The position numbers and the translations under genes were made by a program. This document shows, one piece after another, positions 38,921 through 52,152 of a stretch of 64,000 bases of DNA (the stretch's first letter is position 1; every line of letters starts with the position of its first letter). The DNA is taken from contig NC_068997.1 of NCBI RefSeq assembly GCF_001194135.2, forward strand, positions 56,122,303-56,186,302, in the 5' to 3' direction. Source of the stretch: Octopus bimaculoides. Its lineage: Eukaryota. The notes under the pieces were generated by a model that was given only the letters and a program-made list of their open reading frames with translations, searched no databases and was not told where the DNA came from.

Positions 38921-41207
38921 TATGTGCATGTATCTTTTGCCAAAGTATTTTGGTAAAAGACATAAACATTGGAATTAAAGTGAAAAAAAAAGTGCCTTAC
39001 AGATGAAATCTTTGCACTGGATTACACACACACACACACACACACACGCACTGTGTTGCTATCAGAAATGCTGTGAATCACTGATTGGTCCATTGGAGAC
39101 CTGTAACCGATGATGCTATTATATCACAATTGTGACAGAAAATAAATACATAAAAATAAATATATAGATAAAAATAAATATATAGATAAAAATAAATAAA
39201 TAGATAATAGAAATAAATAAGTAAACAATTTCAGGATTTTTTTTTTTTGTTTTGTCAAGACATTTCAAAGAAAAACTAGACAATAACAAAGTAGAGAATC
39301 TCAGAGAATTCGACATTTTTTTAAGAAACAGTTAAAGTTGTCCATGTTATCGGAGAAGTGAGACCTTTGTTTATCTGGTTTGATAAAACAAAACTAAAGG
39401 TTTCTATAGATTGCTGGCAGAACAGACATGTTTAAACATTGCTTGTGTTTGATTGAAGCAAATAGAATTTTATATTTATTTAGTTTTAACTTTCGCAAAG
39501 ATAATGGTTTACAAATGGAAAACACAAGCATGGTGAGTTTAAAGTGCTGCTTCTTGTGACAACTTAAGATTTATATCTTTCTATTATTTAAAATATTATT
39601 TTTTGTGTTTTTTTGTTTCCTGTTTAATATAAATGGTTCCATTAGTTGGTAAATCAATTGCATGGAAAGATTAGGCTGACACAAACAGGAAAAACAAAAC
39701 ACAACTGGTTTTATGACACTTTGATATTACAGATATGACACCAAGTGATGGGTCAGTGGTGGTGGTGGTGGAGGTCTGTATGGGGAGGGGTGGTATTCCA
39801 CTCTGATTTGCTAGAAATAGCAACCAAATCTCTTTCAACTTAACCCCCTCCCCCACACACTACCTTAAAAAAATGTTAAGATACTCCGATGCAGTTTTAT
39901 AATGTATTCCTAGACATACTCTGCTGTAATAAAAGATGATGATGACTGGAGTGATGGCCATGGTTGGAGTGATGTTTGTGTGACTGAAATGCTGGTCATG
40001 GCTCACTCGTTCTCTCACCATTCCTCTTGGGGCATTCATATCAGTTTTTAGACATGCAAATAAAAACTGCAAAATCTTCTTCCAATGTCTCTTAAAAAAA
40101 AAGAAAAAACATTTAATTAGGTGGTTCCTGATTTTTTACGTCTGATTAAAAGTCAGGATGGTCATAGCTGGAAGGCCTTTAATGGCAGTGTTCTTGGTTA
40201 GGGCTGACTTAGAGCTAAAAAAACTTCAATAAGGAACATAGCATTGACTATGTGTATATTTAGTCCAAGATTAGCAATGATCATACAGTTATATGATCAA
40301 AAACCATCTTTCTATGACCACCCCCTCTGATATTTCATGAACCTATGACTACATTATTATTAAGGTGCCATGCAGTGGGATTGAATGAGGAACCATGTGG
40401 TTGGGAAGCAAGCTTCTTACCACACAGCCATGTCACTGCCTTATCTGTTGATATTTCATATCTAAAACATGTTTCTTTGTGATGTTATCAAATATTTCAA
40501 ATTGGAGTTAAATTTAATTGCAATATCCTCTCAGCACTTCAGTCTAATTTTCAGTTGGGGCTGCAAGGTATCATCTATAAATTTTATATGTCCATGATGA
40601 CAATCGAGGCCTCCAAGAGGAATTTGGTAAAGCAAAACAAGGTTGTGTTTTGGTCCCAGGAAAAGATTTGTCTCAAGATTCAAGAAGTCAGTGAAATTTT
40701 ACTTTTTTTTTTTTTTGGAACAGCTGGACCCAATGAATAGTAATAAGCCCCTCCTTGGCACTTCAAGTCCAAGATGTGCCAACTAAACCTACTCTTATAT
40801 ACATTACCAACAACACCATTTAGCCCTCTTTTTCAGATTCTTCCTTCTTCATAATGATAGAATTTACCAAACTCTTCTCTGAATCTCTAATAATTTCTAT
40901 GTGTTTATTCCATTGCAAACATTGGAATGGCTATCTTAAATTCTTTGTTGTTCTTCCAATAAATATTATGTTTAGCCTTAAATTATGCACTGCATTTGAT
41001 CAGCTAGAAATAAACCTGGTTTCCCAACCTGTAACTGAAGGGAACTGAGTATCTGCCAAGACACTTCCCAAACAAAGAAAAGTTCCTGTCAATCCATTCT
41101 TAGTGTTCCACCTTCCCAAATTTTGCTCGGAGGTCTTGTTTAATTTAACCGCATGTTGACTGCTGTGCTCTTGGATAAGACACAGAACATTTAACAGCTC
41201 AGCTCAC

Positions 41208-41287
41208 CTCAATGCAAGGCTGAAAGTCATTCAGCCATGCAGAAACGGTAGGTGTTATTGCTGGCTTGCTGTGTGAAGAATTAAATT
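41208..41287 (-). CDS. Candidate exon, phase 1->0: (E)FNSSHSKPAITPTVSAWLNDFQPCIE
   Basis: Acceptor ctctccagaaccatttcag, donor GAG|gtgagc, only one open frame. Confidence 0.35.
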
Positions 41288-41690
41288 CTGAAATGGTTCT
41301 GGAGAGAATGGAATGAAAGCTCACTGGAATGAATGTTCCCTGCAACCACTATACAAAGATAAAACATTCAATGATACAAAAGAACAACAACTACAACATC
41401 AACATCAACAGCTATAAAAACCACAACAACAATATTAGAAATGACTGGAAAGGTTTATGAGACATTTGGCTATTACTACTATTACTGTTTTCAGACATCT
41501 ATTGACATAGGTTAAAGTTTAGTTTTTATGTGACAAATATGTTAATGAGATGAAGAACAAAATAATACCTCATAACACACGAGCACATATACACATATAT
41601 GTATGTATATATATTCTTTCTTTCTCTCTATCTCTGTTTCTGTGTGTGTCTCTCTCTCTCTATATATATATATATATGTGTGTGTGTGAG

Positions 41691-41732
<42 letters not shown>

Positions 41733-44700
41733 CATCTCACCAAAGTTTTTTTGCAGTCAATAATACCATGAAAATACATTTCAGTCATATTTCTAACAAA
41801 TGTGGTCTGACAACAAATGACCTTAAGAAAATATAGATAATACTAATACTAATGAGGTTGATGCTGATGATGATGAAATAGTCATAATAATAATAAAAAT
41901 ATAATATTGAACTTATGAGCTTCCCAAAAAGTTTACTGAAAATAGTAAATGTTTCTATTCTCGTTTTACACAATGTAAAACATATATAGAAAAAATTTTT
42001 AAAATGACTACTCTAAAAAATAAAACAATAATAACAATAATAATAATAATAATAATAATAATAATTAGTATCTTATAATAAAGTTACAGGAAGAACAAAT
42101 TATTACCGATCCATATTTTTTATTGTTTTTTAAATAAAAACAAAAAGATTCATAAAAATAGTAAAAAAAAATAATGATGTTATTGGTTGAGGATTGCTAA
42201 ATTAAACATCATAAATCTCCAGCGATTGCAACGTAGTTTAGCTCCAAAATAACTTTTATGGCATCTTAAGTAAATGTTGTGTGAAAGGAACTTTCCAGAA
42301 CAAATGGAAAACAATTCAATTATTTTCTATTGATAAAAGTTTAGGATTGCAGAGAAATGAGGAGTTGGGGGGTTGTATTTCTTATTGAAGTGGACCTTAA
42401 GCTATTGGCATTCATCTTAATTCTTAAATCATCTGAAATTTGAACGTGAAATCAATAAGTTGTAATAAAAATCAATAAATCATTAAAAGAAACAAAAAAA
42501 TACCTCCAAAAACTTTAAAAGTTTAAACAATAAAATATCAATTTTGGTCTTTTGAAATATTCTTTTTTGGAAAAAAAAAATATTCTATAGAAATTGATGC
42601 CATTGGTGAGTCGCAAAGGCAGAGTGGTTCCACATGGGTCAGTTGTTTTGAAACAGAGCTGCATATTCAAATTGGTCATCATCATCATCACCATCATCAT
42701 ATCCTCATCACCACCATCACCACCATCATCATCATCATCATCATCAGCAGCAGCATTTTCATTGTCATCGTAATGATCATAGTTGTCATCATCATGATTA
42801 GCATCATCATCACCATTGCCATTATCATCAGCAGCATGTTATTATTGATAATGTAAGGTACCAGACAAGTATTAGAATCAATTTAATATTTCTATAAAAT
42901 GTCCTAGAAGTGATTAAAATAGTAATATGAGCATAAGACTATACGTGTGTGTGTGTGCATGGCATAGAGCCACCCCTCCCTTATCTCAAATAGGCTCTCA
43001 CTCAGTTAAGTGTCCTTTCTCTTTCTTACTTAGTGACCCCCACGGGTGCTGGTGTCTTGAAGAGAGCACCCAGTATACACTGGAAAGTGGTTGGCATCCA
43101 ATCATAGGAACCAAAGCTGATATTGGAATTTGTTGTAGTTCTGTGACTCAGTGGATCCTGTCAAGCCTTTCCACCCATGCCAGCATACAAGATGCACATT
43201 AGATGATGCTGGTGATGATGATGATAATAGTATATATCAGTATCATGTCATTATTGTTGTTATTGTTGTTTTAACACCTGCCGGCATGAATTAAAAGGAT
43301 TATTTCTGCCCCCTCCTAGAGGGGTTAAAGAACTGCATCTCACTTGTGGAATTCCTTTTTGGTTTCGTTTCTGCAGCTGGATGCCATTCCTAACACTTAC
43401 CACTTTCCAGGATGTATCAAGCGAACATTTTATTGTGTCAGTAGCACCAAAGGTTGTGTTATGACTTTGACAAAACTAAAAGATCTTCACATCAACACAC
43501 TTTACAGAATGTTCCGAGTACATTTTGTTGCAGTCCAGCACCAGGGAGGACAACTGGTGAGAGTATGATGGACAGCAAAAGGTGAATAAATGGCAAGAGT
43601 GAATCCTCCTCCTCCTCCTCATCATCATCATCATCATTTAACATCTTTTATCCATGCTGGCATGGGTTGGACGGTTTGACCAGGCTGGTACGTTGGCAGG
43701 CTGCACCAGACTCCAATTGGATTTGGCATGGTCTCTATGGCTGGATGCCCCTCCTAATGCCAACCACTCCAAGAGTGTAAAAAGGTGCTTTTACATGCCA
43801 CTGGCATGGGTGCCATTTGCATGACACTGGTATCTGCCACGACTGCGATTTTACTTGGCTTGATGGGTTTTCTTCTCAAGCATATTGATACCAAATGGCC
43901 AGTGATTAGAGTGTTTGGGGTACATGCAGGTCTGTTGGGATTCCTTAAGTATGTTTCCTCTATTTGGTGAAAGAGTGTTGAAGAGAGGATCAGATTGGTC
44001 CTGTGGCATCCGTATTGTGAACCAAAGAAGATCCTTTGTCGCAAAAGACAATGAGGGCGGAAAGAAAAGTGAGTTGATTGAGAGATGAACAACATAAGTG
44101 ATAGAGGTATGAGGGAAAAAAAATGATATTTCATGAAATTAACTTGGCAATGCTTAAACTAATGCTTTTTACATTTATTTTCTTTTTGTTTTTATGGAAT
44201 ACATACTTGCTAGGAAGTTTGACAAGTTCTAAGTATTTCCTCAAATAGTTAATCCATTTTTATAAGCAGCTTATATCTGGGCATAGTTATAAATTTTCAG
44301 AATGAAAAACCTAAGCTATCAAAGTTTTCCTGATTTGCACATAGTAAATTTTATATAGATTTGTTTGTCTATTATAAATCTTTCTTAATGTATCTGAGTC
44401 TCTGTGAATTTCTTACCATTGTCACACACCTGTGACACTTAATGAAGACAAATAGCTTGAAAAAGTTACTTTGGACGAAACTGAAGTAGTAGCCTGATGT
44501 CACATGACCAGAAGTAATTTGTACTTAAATGGCGAAATGATGAATTAGATTCACCACAAATTATATTGGCTGAAGAAGTAATACAATTTCTTAGAAAGTC
44601 CTTTGAAAAGTAGAAACTCAATCATTCTAGTGATTTTCTAAGAGGTGTCAGAAGATCTAGAAATATGCTTGTCAATTGTGGTCCACATGACCTTTGGGAG

Positions 44701-44760
44701 TTACATGGACCCTTGGCAGTTACATGGACCCTTGGGATCCACGTAAGATTTTGTTGTCAG

Positions 44761-44850
44761 AAATTTGCCTAAAATATTTTCGCTTCATTTTGAAGCAACC
44801 AAAGATTTTTCCAAATTGAATCTGAATATAGAAAATTCTGTAAAAGACGG
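44761..44850 (+). CDS. Candidate exon, phase 2->2: NLPKIFSLHFEATKDFSKLNLNIENSVKD(G)
   Basis: 90 nt; acceptor gattttgttgtcag, donor CGG|gtaagc. Confidence 0.45.
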
Positions 44851-45106
44851 GTAAGCAGCACCTAACCTGTAAAACCCTTGAACAGTTTTTCATGCAGGGC
44901 TGAAGCTGTTTCAGTCTGCTTTGATGTCTATTCAGAAAGATATAATCACAAAACCAGTTTCCTTCCTTAAAATAGTGAGACGTTGTGCTGACATAAAACA
45001 TTTGTATGGAAGCACAAAAGGAAATAAAGGATGCTTAACTTCTCTCTGCTCAGATTTTCATTTGTGATTTGTTTCTTTCTGGCTCCTTTAAGAAAAATCT
45101 TTACAT

Positions 45107-45160
<54 letters not shown>

Positions 45161-45227
45161 ATGTATGTATGCAAGTGTGTGTATTCATATGCATCATGTA
45201 TGTATTACATATCTATCTATTTCTCAA

Positions 45228-45272
<45 letters not shown>

Positions 45273-45751
45273 ATCTTTCTATCTATCTATCCATTCCATT
45301 GCAGGGTTCAAGGCCAGTAATGTTGACCCCAGTACTTGACTGGTATTTTATTTTGTTGACTGCATAAAGATGTAAGGCATGGTTGACCTCAGCAGGATTT
45401 GAGCTCAGAATGTAAAGAATGAGAAGAAATTCTGCAAATCACTTTGTCCAAGATGTGAACAATTTTGCCATTACACCTTATATGCACAAGTGTGTGTGTC
45501 TGTGTGTGCATGTGTGTCTGTGTCTGTGTGCAGGCAGAAATATTAGCGTATGCATGGGTGTGTAGTTCAGAAATTTGTTCCTAAGTCATGTGGTTTGAAG
45601 TAATTTTCTGTCAATAAATTATCCCCTGGGTTGTTTTTGAAGACTTGTGGAATAGAAAAATATACCTTACTTGGAGAACAGGTGAGTGTTAGCATCAAGA
45701 AGGACAACCAGCAGTAAAACAACACCTCAGTAATAAGCATGAGTTGATACA

Positions 45752-45966
45752 GTTCTATATTTGAGAGATGAGGAATTATGTACATTATTTACATTTTGAT
45801 GGATATTTGTCCTCATCTTGTTTGTTGTTAACATAGCGTTTCGACTGCTGTACCCTCCAGCCTTCATCAGGTGTCTTGCGGAAATTTTGAACCTGGGTTC
45901 TCATTCCTAAGGTATTTTTCAATGCTATTATTATTATTATTATTCAGGTCACAGCCTAGAATCGAA
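45752..45966 (-). mobile_element. Penelope-like element terminal-repeat fragment containing a minimal hammerhead ribozyme core (45830-45875)
   Basis: Minus strand reads GACAC-CTGATGA-A-GGCTG-gagggta-CAGC-agtc-GAAAC-GCT-ATGTT; CUGANGA and GAAA boxes with stems I and II, an architecture known from PLE pseudo-LTRs. Confidence 0.65.
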
Positions 45967-46083
45967 TGGGCGTATGGTGTAGTGGTTAAGAGTGCGGGCT
46001 ATTAACCTCAAGATTCCGAGTTCGATTCCAGGCAGTAACATGAATGATAATAATAATAATAATAATAATAACATCAAAAAATA
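45967..46083 (+). mobile_element. tRNA-like SINE head with (TAA)n tail, not a functional tRNA
   Basis: A-box tggtgtagtgg and B-box gagttcgattcc; no acceptor stem; followed by (taa)n. Confidence 0.65.
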
Positions 46084-46120
46084 GACAGCAGATGTTAAAT
46101 GATGATGATGATGATGATTA

Positions 46121-46575
46121 TGGCTGTAAGCTGGCAAAATCATTAGCCAGACAGAATGCTTAGTGGCATTTTGTCTGTAATTATGTTATGAACTGAAATT
46201 CCACTTTGATTCCTTGATTTGCATTTCATCCTTTCAGGTTCAATGAAATGAGAACCAATTAAGTATTAGGGTCGATGTAATTGACTAGCCCCACCGCCAT
46301 CCCAAGATGGCAGAGGCCTTGTGCCTATAACAAAAAAGGGTTATTATTTTCATTACCATTAAAGCTGCAGACTGGCAGAATCATTAGCTTGCCAGACAAA
46401 AATGCTTAGTGGTGGCATTTCGTCTAAGTTCAGATCCTACTCAAGTTGACTTTGTCTCTCACCCTTGGGGCAGAGGGGGGGGGGTCAATAAAGTAGGTGC
46501 CTGTCAAGTAGTAGGGGTGATGTATTTGACTTCCTCCACTCCTTGAAAATTACTGGCCATATTCCAAAATTTCAA
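46121..46575 (+). mobile_element. Two head-to-tail SINE family A copies (46121-46340, 46365-46575)
   Basis: Each starts ctggca.aatcattagc...aatgcttagtgg; another copy at 47597-47800. Confidence 0.75.
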
Positions 46576-46774
46576 ACTACTACTACTACCACACCACCAC
46601 TACCAGCCCACCCCCATTATTACTACTACTGCTGCTGCTGCTACCACCACCACCACCACCACTACTACCGCCACCACCGCTGTTGTTGCTGCCACCACTA
46701 CCACTACTATAAAAACTCTATTACAAACTAAGATCAGTCGGAGAAATTTTTTTGCTGAGGTTTAGTGACAGCAG

Positions 46775-47260
46775 TTCTTCTCAAATCTAAAGAATCTTTC
46801 ATGGAATTCTTGCAGAATGCAGAATGGCCCTATTTCCCATTTCAAAATACATATTTCATTTGCCAAACTCTTTCAGCTCCTTAATTTTGTTGCTGTGACG
46901 AGAGCACCAATTACTAGAGGAACGATATTCACCATTGTCTTCAGCACAGTCTTCATCTCTTTGGTGAGGTCAGATATTTCTCAGTTTTCTTCATTTCTTT
47001 GATATCCACTTGGCAATCATAAAAAACAGAAAGAATAAACAATGGAACATTATTATTTTTGCTATTGTATTGTTGTTCTTGTTGTTGTTGTTCTTGTGGC
47101 TGTTGTTCTTGTGATTGTGCTTTCTGTCAGCAAAATGCAATATATCTTATTTCTTGGAGTGGATCCAATATGTCCATGTTGCATGTGAATATTCATTTAC
47201 CATTCCTATTATTAAAATATCCCACTTTATCTCCATAGATTCTTTGATTCCTTGATTTGA
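46775..47260 (-). mobile_element. Decayed R4/Dong-type (RLE) non-LTR retrotransposon 3' end
   Basis: Minus translation with a frameshift: VDIKEMKKTEKY / KEMKTVLKTMVNIVPLVIGAL...ILHSARIP*KIL, matching the KE.EK..KY.DL...IVP+VIGALG...ARILRKVL terminus. Confidence 0.7.
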
Positions 47261-48164
47261 GATGAGAATGTTGCTATATCATTGTTGCTTTTATAAATGA
47301 TGGTATTGAAAGGTGGCCTCCACAAGTGAGAAACTGTCGCCAAAATTGCTATTGACCATTGTTGGCACCAATTGCAGCTGGCACTGCCAATGTTATTGTT
47401 TACATTTAAGTATTTCTATTGTTGTGGCATCCTTATGGTTATTATTATCTTCATCATCATCATCATCATCCTTCATGTTGCTGTCCCTTACTTGTTTTGC
47501 AAGTAAAGAAACTCTTATTTCACACATCTTGAAAGGTGCAAAATCAAGGGGCAATTTGTTTACAGGACAAATGACAACATCATAACTTAGAGACATGAGC
47601 TGGTAGAATGGTTAGCACAGTGGACAAAATGGTAAGTAGCATTTCATCAGAATTTATGCTCAGAGTACAAATTCTGATGAAATTAACTTTACCTTTCATC
47701 CTTTCAGGGTCGATGAAATAAGTACCAGTTATGTACTGGGGTTGATGTAATCGACTTACCCCCACTCCCTGAAACTGTTGGCCTTGTGCCAAAATTTGAA
47801 GCCAATATTTGGAGTCACTCGAATGTAAACAGACACAGATATTCACAGGTGCAAGTACACATGCACAAACACTCATAAACATTTACAATGGGTTCTTTTC
47901 ACTTTCTCTCTACAAAATCCACTCACAATGCTTTACTTGGTGCAGGTTATAGAAGAAGGCACTGGTCCAAGTGGCCTCAACCTGAAATACTTTTGTTAGG
48001 AAGGCAAATTTCTCAATAACACAGCCCTGTCTGCTTCTATTTGCCTCACACAAAATGCAAATGATGTTGTTTATTTGCAGTCAGTTGTTGTAACTTTGAT
48101 TGTTCCTAGCTTTGGCAATGACTTGGTAAGCTTTATCCATTCTAGTTGGGTTGTGTTCTTTTTT

Positions 48165-48705
48165 GGTTGTGTTATTTGCGAAGACCTATCAAGGCAAGTG
48201 AAATCAAATCAAAATCGCTGATGTGGCCTATGACAGTACCACCTGATTGGCACTTATACCAGTCGAATGTTAAAAGCACATTCGAGCGTGATCGTTGCCA
48301 GGGCCACAGATTGGCTCCCATGCCAGTGGCACATAAAAAGCACCATTCGAGCGTGATTGTTGCCAGCATTACCTTATCAGCACATGAAAAGCAACATTCA
48401 AGCATGGTCGTTGCCAGTGCCGCCGGACTGGCTCCCATGCAGGTAGCATGCAAAAAACACCTTTTGAGCGTGGTCGTTGCCAGAACTGCTTGACTGGCCC
48501 TCATGCCAGTGGCACATAAAAGCACCCACTACACTCTTGGAGTGGTTGGCATTAGGATGGGCATCCAGCTGTAGAAACTTTGCCAGATCAGATTGAAGCC
48601 TGGTCCAGCCCTCTGGCTCGCCAGTCCTCAGTCAAACCTTTGATTGTTCCTAGCTTTGACAGCATGGAAAGCAGATGTTAAACGATGACGACGATGATGA
48701 TGATT
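48165..48705 (+). mobile_element. Retroposon family B with internal tandem array of ~45-70-bp modules
   Basis: aaaagcac.attcgagcgtg.tcgttgccag recurs 4 times (48272-48483) before the standard core and (GAT)n tail. Confidence 0.85.
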
Positions 48706-48719
48706 TGCTATTTATTGTA

Positions 48720-49000
48720 ATCAATTCCTTTCCAATTCATATTCCATTTTGCATCATCTTTGAATCTCAGCTGAAGTCTTCTTTTTCTCTTGCATATTCA
48801 GGAGTAGAGGAGTTGTCTGTGGAGTCTGCTGTTGTCTATCCTGTGTTCTATCCAACCTAAATATTTATCAATGAGGATATCCCTCATAGGAGACAAACCA
48901 ATATGCTGTAAGGTCTCTTTAATCTTGACCTTGTCAAACAGTGTGATAATCATAATCTGTTGCAGCTGTCTCAACATAATTGCATGTAACTTGTCTACTC
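48720..49000 (-). mobile_element. Decayed RTE (BovB-like) RT C-terminal fragment
   Basis: Minus translation KLHAIMLRQLQQIMIITLFDKVKIKETLQHIGLSPMRDILIDKYLGWIEHRIDNSRLHRQLLYS*...LRFKDDAKWNM. Confidence 0.7.
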
Positions 49001-52000
49001 GAGCTTTATAATGTTACTAATAAACTGAAAAAACCCAATTAGTTTATGATCTAAATATCAGGCATCATAGATGCTAATTTGAACGGTGAAAATTGAGTTG
49101 ATAGACCCTCTCTTAGTTCCTTTTCCATTAACAAGACAGGAGCCAGCAAGTCTTTATTGCGACAATTTAATACTTGAATGTATATTATATCATTTACATT
49201 CAAACGTTAGCAGTTAATTCAAAATTTCTTAATAATTTTGTACCATATTTTTGCTATATTTAAAACATTATTTTATAATGACCAACTGAAACCTATTTAT
49301 ATCTTGGTAATGTAATCTAAATACAATTCCCATTTCTTCAGCAACATCTTTTAGTCATATACTTTTACATTATCTTCTGATTTCACTCACATTTCCATAA
49401 TTTTCAGATGACATCTCATAAATATTGAATTTTTAAATCTTTTTATGCTTATTTTATCTGCACTAAAACTTGTGTCATTTTTACTTTTTCTTAATCAGTA
49501 AAAGCCAACATTCTCCTCAAATCAATCAATTTAATGTCATTTAAAAAAAATATCGCATTTAAAACAAGACAAAAAAAACATATATTTCTGACTTTATTTA
49601 AATATTTCAATCTAGAGAGATGTAGGATGTCTTTCTCCATTCATGTAACATTGTTAATGTAAATTAATTGTCTAATTCAAACAACCATTAACGATATATT
49701 GCGAACCAGTTAAACATATTGATTGGTTATTGGTAAATTTTGAAACATAAATCTTGTTATTTGATACTTTTGGTTTTGAGAGAGAGAGGGGGGAGAAGAG
49801 AGAGAGAGAGAGAGAGAGAGAAAGAGTAATTACTTTTATCCATTTTATTAACTGAAATATGTCCTGAGTTCAAATCCTGCCAAGGTGGTCTTTGCCTTTT
49901 CTCCTTGGTGGGTCAATATGATAAATGCCAGTCAAATATTGAGTTGGTTTCTCAGCTGGACGAAACCTGCACTCACATTCAAGACTTTCTATTGACATGA
50001 GAAATCAATGCCACCGATTGTGATCTTTGCTTTCCTAATTAATTTACTTTTGCAGATGTCAACATTTGGTATAAAGGATGACTTTTGGTAGCACTGACCA
50101 TGTTTTCATTGTTTCTTTAATTGGTTCCATTAATAACTCTTGTAGCCAAGAGTGGACATAAGCATCTTGTTGACCTTTCCACTTTTAACTTAGTTGGCCA
50201 TCCAGAGAGAGGGAGAGAGAGAGAGAGAGAGAGATCTGCCTCATCTTTGGGCAAGAACTTTTTTTAGTGACTTCAAAAGGATGAAAAACGAAGCTGGCCT
50301 CGGCAGAATTTCCACTCGGAGTACAATAGGCAGGACCAAATGTCCAAAGACACTTTATCAACTCCCCTAATGACTCCACCTATCAGCCATATTAGAAATC
50401 ACATATGCCAGCATGGAAAAAAGATGTTAGGTGTTGATGATAATGATGACACCACCGCCGCTGCCGATGATGATGATGGTGATGACGACAATGACAATGA
50501 TGATGATGATGACATCACTGCCATCGCCCATGATGATGGTGATGATGACAACAACGATGATGACAATGATAATATACCAAATGCTATTTCAGTTATTTCA
50601 AACCAAAAGTGCTTCTGTCATTGATAATGAATTTTTTATCCAAATTGTGAGCAAACTGCACCATTAGTGATTTGTTAGTCTCTGCTTTTCTACATCAGTT
50701 GAGATTAACTTTGTCTCAGCTGGTAGTGGATACTTGCTGCTGATAATGTGCAAAGAAGCAGAAATACATATTTATTCCGCACAGCTGCAAAACATTTTTC
50801 ATGTGTTACAGATATATATCTTTGTTTTTAACATACATCTTTTAGAGATGTTTTCTCGAGATGAACACCACAGTTTCCAGGCTTTCTGCTGTATATCTGC
50901 ATTAATTATGATATATAGAATGCTGTAAATCAATTCAGTTGTTTAAACCTTCTCCATCCCTGACATTGTACCAATGTTAGGAATCCATAATAACAAGAGC
51001 TGTAAGCGGCAGAAACATTGCAAAATGAAACAAATCCCTTTTTAGTATTTCCTCATATCTCAATAATTTTTTGTTATTAAATATGATCAAATGTACATCT
51101 TCCCTCTAAAAATCAATAGGATTGATCACCCATCAATGGATAACTCTTGATAAGCAAAAAACAAATCAAACTATTGACTGTTAAACCGCAGAAAGAATGT
51201 AGGACAAATCAATAATACTAATTGGTTGATAGGAATTTAATTATGGAGTTGGGTAAGCAAAATGTCTCACTTTAATGAATTCATAATAACACCACAGTTG
51301 CTAAAGTTCATTATTATCTCCAGTTTGTAATTAACATAATTTCTAGCTAATTGCTATTGTAATTGTTGGTACACATTTGTATTCTAATTAAGATTAATAG
51401 TTGGGCTCTAGATCCAGCTGTTTGGAAGGATCCCTTTTCTGAGAGGCAGGGTTAAATGTGTGTGTGTGCACATGGGTTTTAGGGTCCTCTCTGTCTGTGT
51501 ATTGAGTAGTTAAGTTGTTTAACAGCAACTTGTTGAAATGTCTTTCACATTTTTCTGCTGAAAGTAAAACTTGCTTTACTCTCTCTCTTTCTACACACAC
51601 AGACAGACACAACCATTGACATACAGACACACACTCACACACACACACACACGCACACATACACACATACACACACACACAGAGGCACAGACACACACAT
51701 GTATCATTGCATAAGCACCAGAGAAGTTTACCTGTCCAGCAAGACTAAAGAATCCTCTCTAGCGTTTATTCCATATAACGAGGGAGAGAAAACCAGGACA
51801 AGAGAATGCAATAAGAAGTAGTAATGGAAGAGATGCAGTGATAGGCAGTTACATATGGCATACCNNNNNNNNNNGTGATGGATAGCATACATTTATACAT
51901 AAATATACGTACGTGTGTGTATGTGTGTGCATCTATGTGTATGTACATATAACTATATACATGCATTTACATGTAATATGAAATAGTTTCCAAACTAGTT

Positions 52001-52152
52001 ATGTACAGTAAAAAATAATTTATTCACCTAAGTTTTAACATCAAGTATGTATGTATGTATGTAAGGGTGGATGGATAGACTGGTAGATGAAGATCCATTT
52101 ATATGGATGTATATATGTGCGTAACATGTAGCATTAGATTTACTTTCAACAG

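Noticed and set aside
28420-44850. Resemblance of LFETFIKMEHK and NLPKIF to FAM227-family sequence
   Set aside because: Only a few residues, recalled from memory, and no exons for the conserved FWW-containing core were found; no symbol assigned.
45967-46040. tRNA gene
   Set aside because: A and B boxes are present but there is no acceptor stem, and it runs into (TAA)n, so it is a SINE-type head.
46790-46885. Plus-frame peptide ESFMEFLQNAEWPYFP
   Set aside because: Antisense to the R4/Dong remnant, with no splice signals.
48272-48520. CRISPR array
   Set aside because: Eukaryotic context, mutually related spacers, degenerate repeats, no cas genes, and located inside a retroposon.
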